64,000 bases of DNA from Candidatus Eiseniibacteriota bacterium. Lineage in GTDB: Bacteria; Eisenbacteria; RBG-16-71-46; DASYSL01. Positions 1 through 9,559 of the stretch are shown piece after piece. Numbering within the stretch: position 1 is the first letter of the stretch; the number at the start of each line of letters is the position of its first letter. The notes under the pieces are model-generated. The model made no database searches. It was not told the DNA's origin and saw only the letters and a program-made list of their open reading frames with translations. The stretch lies in NCBI GenBank assembly GCA_031431875.1, contig JANPEF010000061.1, forward strand, positions 1-64,000, in the 5' to 3' direction. The translations under genes were made by a program, and so were the position numbers.

Positions 1-2323
1 GCCGGCCACCGGCTTCTCGGTCATCGGGAAGCGCAATCGCAAGGTCGAGGGCCGCCGCAAGGTCACCGGCCAGGCGATCTACGCCGACGACCTGGTCTTC
101 CCGCGGATGCTCCACGCGAAGATCCTGCGCTCGCCGCATCCCCACGCCCGGATTCGCGAGATTGATCTGAGTGCCGCGCTCGCCCATCCGGGCGTGATTG
201 CGGCGTGCACGGGCAAGGACTTCCCGGTGCCGTTCGGCATCATCCCGTGGACGCAGGATGAGTACGCGCTCGCGCTGGACAAGGTCGCCTACGTGGGCGA
301 CGCGGTTGCCTGCATTGCCGCGGTCGACGAGCGCACCGCCGCCGAGGCGCTGGCGCTGGTGCGCGTGAAATACGAGCTCCTGCCCAACGTGCTCACCATC
401 GACGATGCGCTGGCTCACGACGACGACGCGCACAAGGTCAATCCGTTCGCCAAGCACGGCAACATCTCGAAGCAGGTGACGCTCACGTTCGGCGACGTCG
501 ACGCGGCGCTGGCGTCCTCCGACATCGAGCTCGAGCAGGAGTTCTTCTACGCCGGCTCGACGCACGTGCCGATCGAGCCGCACTGCGCGATCGGCGTGCC
601 GGAACTCAACGGCGTGATCACCGTCTACTCCTCGACGCAGGTGCCGCACTACCTGCACCGCGACCTGGCGAAGGTGCTGCGCATCCCGGCCGATCGCGTG
701 CGCTTGATCCAGCCGTCGGTGGGTGGCTGCTTAGGCGGCAAGTCCGAGGCGTTCTCGCTCGAGTTCTGCGTCGCGTTCCTCGCGCTCAAGACCGGCCGGC
801 CGGTGAAGATCCTCTACACCCGCGAGGAGGTGTTCTACGCGCACCGCGGGCGGCACCCGATGCGGCTCCACTACCGCGCGGGCGTGACGAAGGACGGGAT
901 GCTCACGGGCGTGAAGTCGAAGATTTATCTCGACGGTGGGGCTGCCTCGTCGTTCGGGCTGGTCACGACCTATTACTCCGGGCAGCTGTTGACGGCGCCG
1001 TATCGCTTCCCCACCTATGAATTCGACTCGACGCGGGTGTTCACCAACAAGCCGGTGTGCGGCCCCAAGCGGGGACATGGCTCGGTCCAGCCACGCTTCG
1101 CCTTCGAGTGCATGATGGACATGCTGGCCGAGAAGGTCGGCATGGACCCGATCGAGATGCGGCGGAAGAACTCCATCGGCGACCACGTGCGCACGGTCAA
1201 CGAGCTGCGCGTCACCTCCAATGGATTCCTCGAGTGCCTCGACAAGGTCGAGGGCGCCTCGGGCTGGAAGGAGCGCTTCCGCAAGTTGCCGTTCGGGCGC
1301 GGACTCGGCGTCGCCGGATCGATGTACATCTCGGGCACGAACTACCCGATCTACCCGAACGACATGCCGCAGAGCGCGGTGCAGTTGCGCGCCGATCGCA
1401 GCGGGCGGGTGACGATCTTCTGTGGCGCGTCGGACATCGGGCAGGGCTCGGACTCGATGCTCGCCTACGTCGTCGCCGAGGAACTGGGCGTCACGCTCGA
1501 GTCGATCCGCGTCGTCGCCGCCGACACCGACCTCACCCCGGTCGACATGGGCGCCTACTCGAGCCGCGTCACCTTCATGGTCGGCAACGCCGCGCTCGAC
1601 GCGTGCAGGAAGTTGAAGAAGTGGGTGCAGGAGGCGGTCGCCGAGGCGTGGGAGGTGCCCGCGCACAGCGTGTGGCTGGCCGGTGGAAAGGTCGGCACGT
1701 GGCAGGACACGGCGCGCACGATGACGCCCGCCGAGGCGTTCGTGCTGGCCGAGTCGAAGTTCGGCACCCTGGGCTCGGTCGGCTCGTACAACACGCCCAA
1801 GGACGTGCACGGCGCGTACCGCGGCGGCACGATCGGCGCCTCGCCGGCGTACTCGTTCACGGCGCACCTGGCCGAGGTCGACGTCGATGTCGAGACCGGC
1901 GTCGTCGAGGTGAAGAAGATCTGGGTGGCGCATGACTGCGGCCGCGCCTTGAACCCGACGCTGGTCGAGGGCCAGATCGAGGGCTCGACCTACATGGGCT
2001 TCGCCGAGGCCCTGATGGAGGAGCAGGCGTACAGCCCGACCGGCCTGCACACGGGCCCGTCGCTGCTCGACTACCGGATCCCGACGTCGCTCGACTGCCC
2101 CGAGTTCGAGGCGCACATCGTCGAGTCGGTCGACCCCGAGGGGCCGTACGGTGCCAAGGAAGCGGGCGAGGGCCCGCTCCACTCGTCGGTGCCGGCGATC
2201 GCGAACGCGATCTACGACGCAATCGGCGTGCGCCTGACGGTGCTGCCGTTCTGGCCCGGGCGCGTGCTCGCCGGCCTCGCCGAGAAGCGCGCTGCCGGCC
2301 GCGCGTGGAAGGGCGTGCTCTGA
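1..2323 (+). CDS. Xanthine dehydrogenase-family molybdopterin-binding subunit, 4-hydroxybenzoyl-CoA reductase alpha (HcrA)-like; 5' end outside the window
   Basis: Frame is open from base 2 (PATGFSVIGKRNRKVEGRRKVTGQAIYADDL, a typical XdhA/HcrA N-terminus). Motifs LRSPHPHARI, STQVPH, GPKRGHG, DIGQGS, GQIEG, GPYGAKEAGEG. Confidence 0.92.
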   Translation, partial: PATGFSVIGKRNRKVEGRRKVTGQAIYADDLVFPRMLHAKILRSPHPHARIREIDLSAALAHPGVIAACTGKDFPVPFGIIPWTQDEYALALDKVAYVGDAVACIAAVDERTAAEALALVRVKYELLPNVLTIDDALAHDDDAHKVNPFAKHGNISKQVTLTFGDVDAALASSDIELEQEFFYAGSTHVPIEPHCAIGVPELNGVITVYSSTQVPHYLHRDLAKVLRIPADRVRLIQPSVGGCLGGKSEAFSLEFCVAFLALKTGRPVKILYTREEVFYAHRGRHPMRLHYRAGVTKDGMLTGVKSKIYLDGGAASSFGLVTTYYSGQLLTAPYRFPTYEFDSTRVFTNKPVCGPKRGHGSVQPRFAFECMMDMLAEKVGMDPIEMRRKNSIGDHVRTVNELRVTSNGFLECLDKVEGASGWKERFRKLPFGRGLGVAGSMYISGTNYPIYPNDMPQSAVQLRADRSGRVTIFCGASDIGQGSDSMLAYVVAEELGVTLESIRVVAADTDLTPVDMGAYSSRVTFMVGNAALDACRKLKKWVQEAVAEAWEVPAHSVWLAGGKVGTWQDTARTMTPAEAFVLAESKFGTLGSVGSYNTPKDVHGAYRGGTIGASPAYSFTAHLAEVDVDVETGVVEVKKIWVAHDCGRALNPTLVEGQIEGSTYMGFAEALMEEQAYSPTGLHTGPSLLDYRIPTSLDCPEFEAHIVESVDPEGPYGAKEAGEGPLHSSVPAIANAIYDAIGVRLTVLPFWPGRVLAGLAEKRAAGRAWKGVL

Positions 2324-3396
2324 TGCTCCCGCTCCCGCGCTTTCGCCTGCTGCGCCCGCGCTCGCTTTCCGAGGCGCTCGATGCGCTCGCGCGCAATGGG
2401 GCCGACGCCGGGCCGACGGTCGCCAATGCCGACGCGTGGGGCTCACGTCCGGTGCGCCTGCTCGGCGGCGGAACGGACCTCGTGCCGAACTTGAAGCACG
2501 GCTTGCTGGATGTCGAGATAGTGGTAGCGCTGAAAGCGCTACCGGGTTTGAGGGATATCCTGTCCGGCGAAGCCGGACAACTCAGGATCGGCGCGCTCAC
2601 CTCCATCGCCGGTGCCGCCTCCGATTCCGCCGTTGGCGGGACATGGCCCGCGCTCGCGCGCGCATGGGGACAGATCGCGGGACCGCAACTGCGCGCGATG
2701 GGCACCGTGGGCGGCAACCTCTGCCTCGACACGCGCTGCACCTACTACAACCAGACCGCCCACTGGCGCGAGGCGCTGGGCTACTGCCTCAAGCGCGACG
2801 GCACGAAGTGCCACGTCGTCCCCGGCGGCACGCGCTGCGTTGCGGCGATGTCATCGGATGGCGCGACGATGCTCGTCGCCCTGGGCGGCACGGTCGTGCT
2901 GAACAGCGCCGCGCGCGGCGAGCGGGTCGTGCCACTCGCCGACTGGTTCGCGGGCGAAGGCCGGCGCAACATCGTGCTCGCCGCCGACGAGATCCTGACC
3001 GAGGCGCGCGTTCCGGCTCCCGTGCCCGGCGCATTCGCGGGCTACCAGAAGCTGCGGGCGCGCAACGCGATCGACTTCCCGCTGCTGTCGGTCGCGGTGG
3101 CGGGAACGGTCGCGCCGGACGGGACGCTGGCCACCGCACGCGTCGTGGTCGGCGCGTTGGGTGCGAAGCCGCGCGAGGTGACCGGGCTCGATGCCCTCGC
3201 GCGCGGGCAGCTGCCGACGCTCGAAGTGTTCACCGCGCTCGGCGAGGCGGCAAAGAAGCAATGCAAACCGCTGACCAACATCCCGGTCGATCCGGACTGG
3301 CGCCACGCGATGGTGCCGGTGCTGGTGCGCCGCGCGTTCGCCCAGGCGCTGGGCCTGCCGGCCGGGCCGCCCATCCTCGAACCCGTTCCCGCGTGA
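2323..3396 (+). CDS. FAD-binding subunit of the molybdoenzyme, HcrB-like with extra [4Fe-4S] cysteines
   Basis: GGGTDL, GTVGGNLC and the insert CLDTRC..YCLKRDGTKCH..RC. ATG overlaps the upstream stop (TGATG). Confidence 0.9.
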   Translation: MLPLPRFRLLRPRSLSEALDALARNGADAGPTVANADAWGSRPVRLLGGGTDLVPNLKHGLLDVEIVVALKALPGLRDILSGEAGQLRIGALTSIAGAASDSAVGGTWPALARAWGQIAGPQLRAMGTVGGNLCLDTRCTYYNQTAHWREALGYCLKRDGTKCHVVPGGTRCVAAMSSDGATMLVALGGTVVLNSAARGERVVPLADWFAGEGRRNIVLAADEILTEARVPAPVPGAFAGYQKLRARNAIDFPLLSVAVAGTVAPDGTLATARVVVGALGAKPREVTGLDALARGQLPTLEVFTALGEAAKKQCKPLTNIPVDPDWRHAMVPVLVRRAFAQALGLPAGPPILEPVPA

Positions 3397-3403
3397 GGCG
3401 CGC

Positions 3404-4276
3404 ATGACCGACCCCTTCGTCCTCGACCGCGACGTGCCGCGCGCGCTCGTCCAGGTGCGCGCCGCTCGTGTGCCGGCGGTGCTCGCCACGGTCGTCCAGG
3501 TGACGGGCTCTACGCCACAGAGTCCGGGTGCGAAGCTGCTGGTGCTCCCCGACGGACAGCAGGCCGGGACCGTGGGCGGGGGCGCCCTCGAGCACCGCGT
3601 GCTGGCCGACGCAGCGGCGTTGCTGGCTGCGCCCGATGCCCCCGCGACGCAACTGCTGGCGATCAACCTGACGACCGAACTGGGCATGTGTTGCGGCGGG
3701 ACGATGAGCGTGTTCCTCGAGCGCGTGACCATGCCCGCACGGCTGGTCGTGCTGGGCGCGGGGCACATCGCGCTGCCGCTCGCGCAGTTCGCGGCGGGCG
3801 TGGGCTTCACCACCGTGGTCGTCGACGGGCGCGAGGCGTGGGCCGACCCGGCGCGCTTCCCGGCCGGCACGCGGGTGATTTGCGACGAACCCGAGGCAGT
3901 CGTCCACGAGCTGGTGCTCGATGCGGACACCGCCGTGGTCGTCGTCACCCACCACCACCCGCTCGACCAGGCGCTGGTTCGCGCGCTTGCGGGCTCCCGG
4001 GCCGGCTTCTTCGGGCTCGTTGGTTCGGAGTCGAAGCGCAACAAGTTCGTCATGCGCCTGCGCGCGCAGGGACTGAGCGACGAGTCGCTGGCGAGGCTGC
4101 GCTCGCCGCTCGGCGTCCAGATCGGCGCCGTCACGCCCGAGGAGATCGCGCTGTCGATCACGGCCGAGCTGGTGGCGTGGCGCCGCGGGGTGCCGATTGA
4201 TGATGGTATGCCCATACGCGCGAAGCGCGTACGAGAGAGCGCGAGCGAAGCGAACGCTTCGATGGAGCGCGCGTGA
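3404..4276 (+). CDS. xdhC: XdhC/CoxI family molybdoenzyme maturation factor
   Basis: GSTPQSPGAK, GTVGGG, LGMCCGG, GAGHIA, TPEEIALSI. Confidence 0.92.
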   Translation: MTDPFVLDRDVPRALVQVRAARVPAVLATVVQVTGSTPQSPGAKLLVLPDGQQAGTVGGGALEHRVLADAAALLAAPDAPATQLLAINLTTELGMCCGGTMSVFLERVTMPARLVVLGAGHIALPLAQFAAGVGFTTVVVDGREAWADPARFPAGTRVICDEPEAVVHELVLDADTAVVVVTHHHPLDQALVRALAGSRAGFFGLVGSESKRNKFVMRLRAQGLSDESLARLRSPLGVQIGAVTPEEIALSITAELVAWRRGVPIDDGMPIRAKRVRESASEANASMERA

Positions 4277-4902
4277 GCTTTGGCGCGATCTTGCTGGCGG
4301 CCGGATCGTCCGACCGCATGGGCGCCCCGAAGCCGCTGCTGCAGATCGAGGGGCAGACCTTCCTCGAGCACATTCTCGACCGCATCGACTCGGTGCCCGA
4401 AATCGACTCGACGGTCGTCGTCCTCGGTGCCAAGGCGCCGCTGATCAAGGACACGGTCGAGCTGGGGCGCGCTGTGGCGATTCTGCACCGCGGGCACAAG
4501 CTCGGCATGTTCTCCTCGGTGCGCGCGGGTTTGCGCGCGCTGGTGCGCAGGCAGCCCGACCTCGAGGGCGCGATGATCGTCCTGGTCGACATGCCGATGG
4601 TGCGCGCCGAGACGTACGCCGCCGTGGTGAACGCCTACCAGGTCGATCTCGATGACGCCGTCCTCGCCGCCTACGAGGGCGAGGCGGGGCACCCCGTGCT
4701 GCTGTCGCGCTCCCTGGCATACCGCCTCGGGGACACGGCCGCGGCCGATCCGGCCGAGACGACGCTCGCCGACTTCCTCGTTGCCCATGCGGAGCGGCGG
4801 CGGTTCGTCGACGCGAAAGATCCGGCGGTGCTGATCAACATCAACACGCCCGACGCCTACCGCACGCACCTGGGCCCGGACGCCGCGGGCAACGGCCTGT
4901 GA
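4273..4902 (+). CDS. mocA: Molybdenum cofactor cytidylyltransferase-like NTP transferase
   Basis: LLAAGSSDRMGAPKPLL, GMFSSVRAG, LVDMP, GHPVL, NINTPDAY; operon context. Confidence 0.85.
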   Translation: MSFGAILLAAGSSDRMGAPKPLLQIEGQTFLEHILDRIDSVPEIDSTVVVLGAKAPLIKDTVELGRAVAILHRGHKLGMFSSVRAGLRALVRRQPDLEGAMIVLVDMPMVRAETYAAVVNAYQVDLDDAVLAAYEGEAGHPVLLSRSLAYRLGDTAAADPAETTLADFLVAHAERRRFVDAKDPAVLININTPDAYRTHLGPDAAGNGL

Positions 4903-6074
4903 GCGAGACGACCGATCCGCTCCTCGCCTGGCGCGACGAGTTCCCGCTGTCGCAGCGCACGCATCACCTGATCGCCCATTCGCTCGGCGCCATGCCGCGT
5001 CGCGCCCGCGCCCGGGTCGCGAACTACCTCGACACGTGGGACGAGCGCGGCATTCGCGCCTGGTCCGAGGCGTGGTGGATGTTGCCGATCGAGGTGGGCA
5101 ACGTGCTCGCACCGCTGATGGGCGCGCCCCCCGGCTCGGTCACGATGCACCCGAACGTGACGCAGGCGCAGGCGACGGTTCTGTCGGCGATCGACTTCCA
5201 GGGCGGGCGCGATCGCATCGTGTGCACGGAGCTCGATTTTCCGTCCTGCCTGTACTTGTACGAGGGGCTTGCGGATCGTGGTGCCAGGATGACTCGCGTC
5301 GCCTCTGGCGACGCAGTATCTATCGACCCGCTTCGCGTAGCTGACGCGATCGACGAGAAGACCGCGATCGTCGCGATCTCGGGCGTGATCTTCAAGAGCG
5401 CGGCCCTGGTCGACATCGCGCCGATCATCGCGGCCGCGCACCGTCACGGTGCGCCGGTGCTGCTCGACGCCTACCAGTGGATCGGCACGGTGCCGATGGA
5501 CGTGACCGCACTCGGCGTCGACTACCTGACCGGTGGCTCGGTGAAGTACCTGTGCGGCGGGCCCGGCGCGGGCTTTCTTTACGTGCGGCCGGACTTGCTG
5601 TCGTCGTTCCGCCCCAGGCTTACCGGCTGGGTGGCGCATCCCGAGCCGTTCGGGTTCGACGCCGGGCCGATGCGCTATCGCGACGACGGCCTGCGCACGC
5701 TGTCGGGTACGCCGCACATCCCGTGCCTGTACGCGGCGCGCGCGGGCTACGAGATCCTGGGCGAGATCGGCATCGACGCGATCCGTGCGAAGTCGCAGCG
5801 CCTGACGTCGCGCATCGTCGCGTTTGCGCAGGAACAGGGCTGGCCGGTGAACTCGCCGCTCGAGGCCGCCCGGCGCGGCGGCTCAGTGTCGCTGGGCGTT
5901 CCCGAGGCGGCGCGCGTGCAGGCGGAACTCGACCGCCGCGACGTCCTGTGCGACTGGCGGCCCGGCGTTGGCGTGCGCCTGGGCCCGCACTTCTACACCA
6001 GCGACGACGATGTCGAAGCCGCGCTCGCCGCGATGAAGGACATCGTCGACCGGATGCGCGCCGGGGTGGCGTGA
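4899..6074 (+). CDS. kynU: Kynureninase (PLP-dependent, class V)
   Basis: WRDEFP, HSLGAMP, DFPS, DAYQ, GGSVKYLCGGPG, GWVAH, RRGGSV; adjacent to kynB. Confidence 0.85.
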   Translation: MSETTDPLLAWRDEFPLSQRTHHLIAHSLGAMPRRARARVANYLDTWDERGIRAWSEAWWMLPIEVGNVLAPLMGAPPGSVTMHPNVTQAQATVLSAIDFQGGRDRIVCTELDFPSCLYLYEGLADRGARMTRVASGDAVSIDPLRVADAIDEKTAIVAISGVIFKSAALVDIAPIIAAAHRHGAPVLLDAYQWIGTVPMDVTALGVDYLTGGSVKYLCGGPGAGFLYVRPDLLSSFRPRLTGWVAHPEPFGFDAGPMRYRDDGLRTLSGTPHIPCLYAARAGYEILGEIGIDAIRAKSQRLTSRIVAFAQEQGWPVNSPLEAARRGGSVSLGVPEAARVQAELDRRDVLCDWRPGVGVRLGPHFYTSDDDVEAALAAMKDIVDRMRAGVA

Positions 6075-6703
6075 GCCGCCTGATCGACATCTCGCCCGCG
6101 ATCGGCGTCGGCGCGCCCGTGTACCCCGGCGACACGGAGCTGTCGATCGATCTCGCCTTCGATCCCGCCTCCGGAGACTCCGTCACCGTCTGCCGCGTCA
6201 CGCTGTCGCCGCACACCGGTGCGCATGCCGACGCGCCCATGCACGTGGGCGCCGGGCCGGGCGACGCGGCGTCGCTGCCGCTGGATGCGTTCTGGGGACC
6301 GTGTGTGGTCGTTGCGGTGCGCGGGGTCGAGGCGATCGGGGCGGGGGAGGTGGAACGCGCGCTCGCCGACACCGGCGGCGCGGTCGAGCGCCTGCTCGTC
6401 CGCACCCAGGATGCGGCGTACGCGACCTTCCCGGAGCGCTTCCCGCACTTCACGGCCGAGGGCGCGACAGCGCTCGCCCGGCACCCCGGGCTGCGGCTCG
6501 TGGGGATCGACACGTTCTCGGTCGACGCGGTCGACTCGAAGGACCTGCCGGCGCATCGCGCGCTGTTCGGCGCGGGGATCGTGCTGCTCGAGGGACTCGA
6601 TCTGTCGAACGCCCCTCCGGGGCAGTATGAGCTTGTCGCGCTGCCGCTCAAACTCGTCGGGGCGGATGCGAGCCCGGTGCGAGCAGCGCTGAGGACGCTT
6701 TAG
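6071..6703 (+). CDS. kynB: Kynurenine formamidase (cyclase family)
   Basis: GTG start overlaps the kynU stop. LIDIS, PVYPGD, PHTGAHADAPMH, GIDTFSVD, LEGLDL, LPLKLVGADASPVRA. Confidence 0.9.
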   Translation: MSRLIDISPAIGVGAPVYPGDTELSIDLAFDPASGDSVTVCRVTLSPHTGAHADAPMHVGAGPGDAASLPLDAFWGPCVVVAVRGVEAIGAGEVERALADTGGAVERLLVRTQDAAYATFPERFPHFTAEGATALARHPGLRLVGIDTFSVDAVDSKDLPAHRALFGAGIVLLEGLDLSNAPPGQYELVALPLKLVGADASPVRAALRTL

Positions 6704-6879
6704 CGCGCGGACCACTCCAGAGGGCGTGGGGGTCCCTGCGTGCAGGCTCCTCGGGGGGGCGCCACAGGCTGGCCGGCGAGCGGTGCGCATGGTAGCCTTG
6801 TCCGGCCACGGCACTCTGGGATGCCCGGTTGCGGCACCGCAGCCGCGTCATGAGCCGTGCGGGAGGAGGGGGGAATTCC

Positions 6880-8013
6880 ATGCGCCAGATCAAGACCTGC
6901 CGCGGGCATGTGCGGACTCTCGTGGTGACGATCCTGGCCTGCGCCGCGATGCCGGCCGGCGCGGAGACCTGGGGCGTCAAGACCAAGGATCCATTGTCGT
7001 CGCCCCCCTCGACCCTCTTCCGGGTCGTGTCCGGGTCGGTGCTGGCCGTCGGCGAGATCAAGCTCGCCACGGTTCCGATCGATGTGGACGGGCTCGCCGT
7101 GCTCCCCGGGCCGACCCTGCGTGCCTTCGAGGTTCAGGGAAGCCCGCTTGGCTCGCGACTCATCGCCATCGATCCTGCCACGGCCGCGGCAACAGCCATC
7201 GGGGCTCTCCTCCCCGGACGGAACATCCGCGGAGCTGCGCACGGGGGCGGCGGGCGCCTGCTCGCGCTCGACGCGGCGACGAACGAACTCCTCGAAGTAG
7301 ACGAGACGACCGGAGCGATCATCGGCTCCGCAATGCCCCTCACTCTTCTCGGTGTTCCGTTCGACCTCGGCGATGGCTGCGATCTCGTGGAGTCAGCCGG
7401 GGGCCAGTGGATCGTGGTCGGCGGAAACGCGTTCTACTCGATCGATATCGGATCCGGCGCCCTCACCGCTCTGCACGTCGACGCCGCGCTGGCGCCGGAC
7501 GGGAGCGCGATCTTCCTGGCCGGGTTGAGCTGGGGGGATGATCTGGGTGGGGAGATGCGCCTCGCGGGCTACGACATCAATGGTGATGAGGATCTGTTCA
7601 CCTACGATCCGACGGCCGGGTTCGCCCGCACGCTCGCCCTCGGAAACATCCTCCCTGTGTACAACGCGGGGCGTGGTGATCTCGCCAGCCCTGCCGTGAT
7701 CACGACCGGCGTGATTCCCGTGCCGGAGGCTGCGGATGGGCGCATGAGGATCGCTGCATGGCCCAATCCGGCGCGTCACGCGGAGACGATTGCACTGGCA
7801 TTGCCGCTCGACGCCTGGGCGGAAGTGACCGTGCACGACGCGTCGGGCCGCTTCCTGCGCAAGGTCGCCGGCGGAGCCTACTCCGCCGGGAGCCATGTCG
7901 TGCGCTGGGACGGGCGCGATCAGGACGGCCGGTCACTGTCGAACGGGATCTACTTCCTCCGACTGCGCTCCGGCATGCGCTCAGTCTCCTCACGTTTCGC
8001 CGTCGTGCGCTGA
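6880..8013 (+). CDS. Secreted protein (possible beta-propeller) with C-terminal FlgD-Ig/T9SS-like domain
   Basis: GGAGG RBS upstream; signal-peptide-like N-terminus; tail AWPNP...VHDASGRFLR...WDGRDQDGRSLSNGIYFLRL. Confidence 0.8.
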   Translation: MRQIKTCRGHVRTLVVTILACAAMPAGAETWGVKTKDPLSSPPSTLFRVVSGSVLAVGEIKLATVPIDVDGLAVLPGPTLRAFEVQGSPLGSRLIAIDPATAAATAIGALLPGRNIRGAAHGGGGRLLALDAATNELLEVDETTGAIIGSAMPLTLLGVPFDLGDGCDLVESAGGQWIVVGGNAFYSIDIGSGALTALHVDAALAPDGSAIFLAGLSWGDDLGGEMRLAGYDINGDEDLFTYDPTAGFARTLALGNILPVYNAGRGDLASPAVITTGVIPVPEAADGRMRIAAWPNPARHAETIALALPLDAWAEVTVHDASGRFLRKVAGGAYSAGSHVVRWDGRDQDGRSLSNGIYFLRLRSGMRSVSSRFAVVR

Positions 8014-8050
8014 CGCCGAGCCGCCGTCGCGAGGCGGGTCGTCGTGCCCC

Positions 8051-8088
8051 GCCAGCGCCTCGTGTGTGATCTCGAGCGCGAGTCCCGA
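8051..8088 (+). repeat. 38-bp direct repeat of 9726-9763 (inside the aminotransferase gene)
   Basis: gccagcgcctcgtgTgtgatctcgagcgcgagtcccga versus gccagcgcctcgtgCgtgatctcgagcgcgagtcccga, 37/38 identical. Confidence 0.9.
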
Positions 8089-8267
8089 ACTTTACCGCCG
8101 AGGCTGCGGGGGAGCTGGCGTGCGCGCCCGTGCTGCGCCTGGTCGGGCCCGACACCGTCTCGGTCGACGCGGTTGCTGCGCCCGGGCGATACGAACTGGT
8201 CACGTTACCGCTGAAGCTGGTCGGGGCGGATGCGAGCCCGGTGCGAGCGGTGTTGCGCAGCGACTAG
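8085..8267 (+). pseudogene. Truncated, internally deleted duplicate of the kynB 3' end
   Basis: Translates PNFTAEAAGELACAPVLRLVGPDTVSVDAVAAPGRYELVTLPLKLVGADASPVRAVLRSD*, versus kynB PHFTAEGATALARHPGLRLVGIDTFSVDAV[...]PPGQYELVALPLKLVGADASPVRAALRTL*. No start codon. Confidence 0.85.
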
Positions 8268-9511
8268 ACCGGCCTCCGCACCACCACCACGGTCACGTCA
8301 TCGTCGAACGCGCGGCGCGTGCCGTGCTTGCGCAGCCGGTCGAGCAGGTCCTCGACTGCGGCCCTTGCCGGACCAGCTCGCCACTCGAGCATCCACTGCC
8401 GTACGCCTCCCTCGCCGAACGGTTCGCCGCCGTCCTCGGTTCCGCGTTCGATCACGCCGTCGGTGAACAGCACGAGCATCGAGCCGCGGTCGAGGTGTGC
8501 GAAGCCCATCTTGTAGGTCGCCTCGGGCAGTGGCCCGAGGACCGTTCCGCCGATCGAAAGTTCGTGGAAGCCGGCCTCGTCGAGCAGCAGCGGAGCCGGG
8601 TGTCCGGCATTGACGTAGGCGAAGTTGCCGTTCTTCTCCAGCTCGCCGGTGACCGCCGAGATGAAGCGCGTGGACAGGCTGCTGCGGTGGATGACCTTGT
8701 TCAGCTTCTCGACGATGCGGTGGATCTTGAAGTCGCGCTCGATGCCCATGCGCAGGCCGATGAGCACGTCGCGGGCCTGGAGTGCCGCGGGCAGGCCGTG
8801 CCCGGAGGAGTCCGCGATCGTGAGTCCCAGCGTGTCGGCGTCGACCGCCGTGAAGTCGTAGACGTCCCCACCCACGGCCGTTGCGGGAACCGACGCGGCG
8901 TACACGTCGTAGTCGGCGAACGCGACGGTCGGATCGGGGAGAAGGCTCATCTGGATCGCGCGCGCCTGCTCGAACGTGCTCTCGAGGCGGCGGCTGTGGA
9001 CCTGGCGCGCGAACGCATGTTCGATCCATGTGCAGGCGAAGGAGAGCCGTTCGATGGTGGCAGGATCCAGCGGCGCGTCGGCGGGGGCGGTGTCGAGGTC
9101 GCCGAAGGCGAACAGAGTCTCGCGCTCGCCGTCGACGAGGCTCAGCCAGGTGACGCCGAGCGCGGTCCGGCCGATCCACACGGGATGCTCGGCGTCTGGC
9201 TCGAAGGGCACGTCGGCAGCGGCTGCGGCCACCACTTCCGCGATCGAGGCCGCTTCGTCACCCCAGGCATGGGACAGGCGATACCCGTCGCGCGTGCGAT
9301 CATAGAGCTGGACGACGCGCCAGCCGAGCAGGCCTGCGAACTGCTCGAGCAGGCGTGGGCCGATGCGCTCGGCGAGCGGGCGCAACGTGAGGCCGGCCGG
9401 GATGCCTTCGAGCACGGCCTCGATGCGACGGTAGAACTGCTTCGGGTCGGGCAGCGTGTCGTTGCGCCGGGTGGCCGTGCCGATGGAATCGCTCGTCGTT
9501 CGCGCAGTCAT
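8264..9511 (-). CDS. SpoIIE/RsbU-type PP2C serine phosphatase
   Basis: ARAIQMSLLP, VGGDVYDF, IADSSGHGLPAAL, YVNAGHP, LFTDGVIE, DDDVTVVVV. Confidence 0.92.
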   Translation of the reverse strand: MTARTTSDSIGTATRRNDTLPDPKQFYRRIEAVLEGIPAGLTLRPLAERIGPRLLEQFAGLLGWRVVQLYDRTRDGYRLSHAWGDEAASIAEVVAAAAADVPFEPDAEHPVWIGRTALGVTWLSLVDGERETLFAFGDLDTAPADAPLDPATIERLSFACTWIEHAFARQVHSRRLESTFEQARAIQMSLLPDPTVAFADYDVYAASVPATAVGGDVYDFTAVDADTLGLTIADSSGHGLPAALQARDVLIGLRMGIERDFKIHRIVEKLNKVIHRSSLSTRFISAVTGELEKNGNFAYVNAGHPAPLLLDEAGFHELSIGGTVLGPLPEATYKMGFAHLDRGSMLVLFTDGVIERGTEDGGEPFGEGGVRQWMLEWRAGPARAAVEDLLDRLRKHGTRRAFDDDVTVVVVRRPV

Positions 9512-9559
9512 GTCGGGAAGGCTAGCAGGCGCAAGCGGATGCGTCCATGACCGCCGGCG

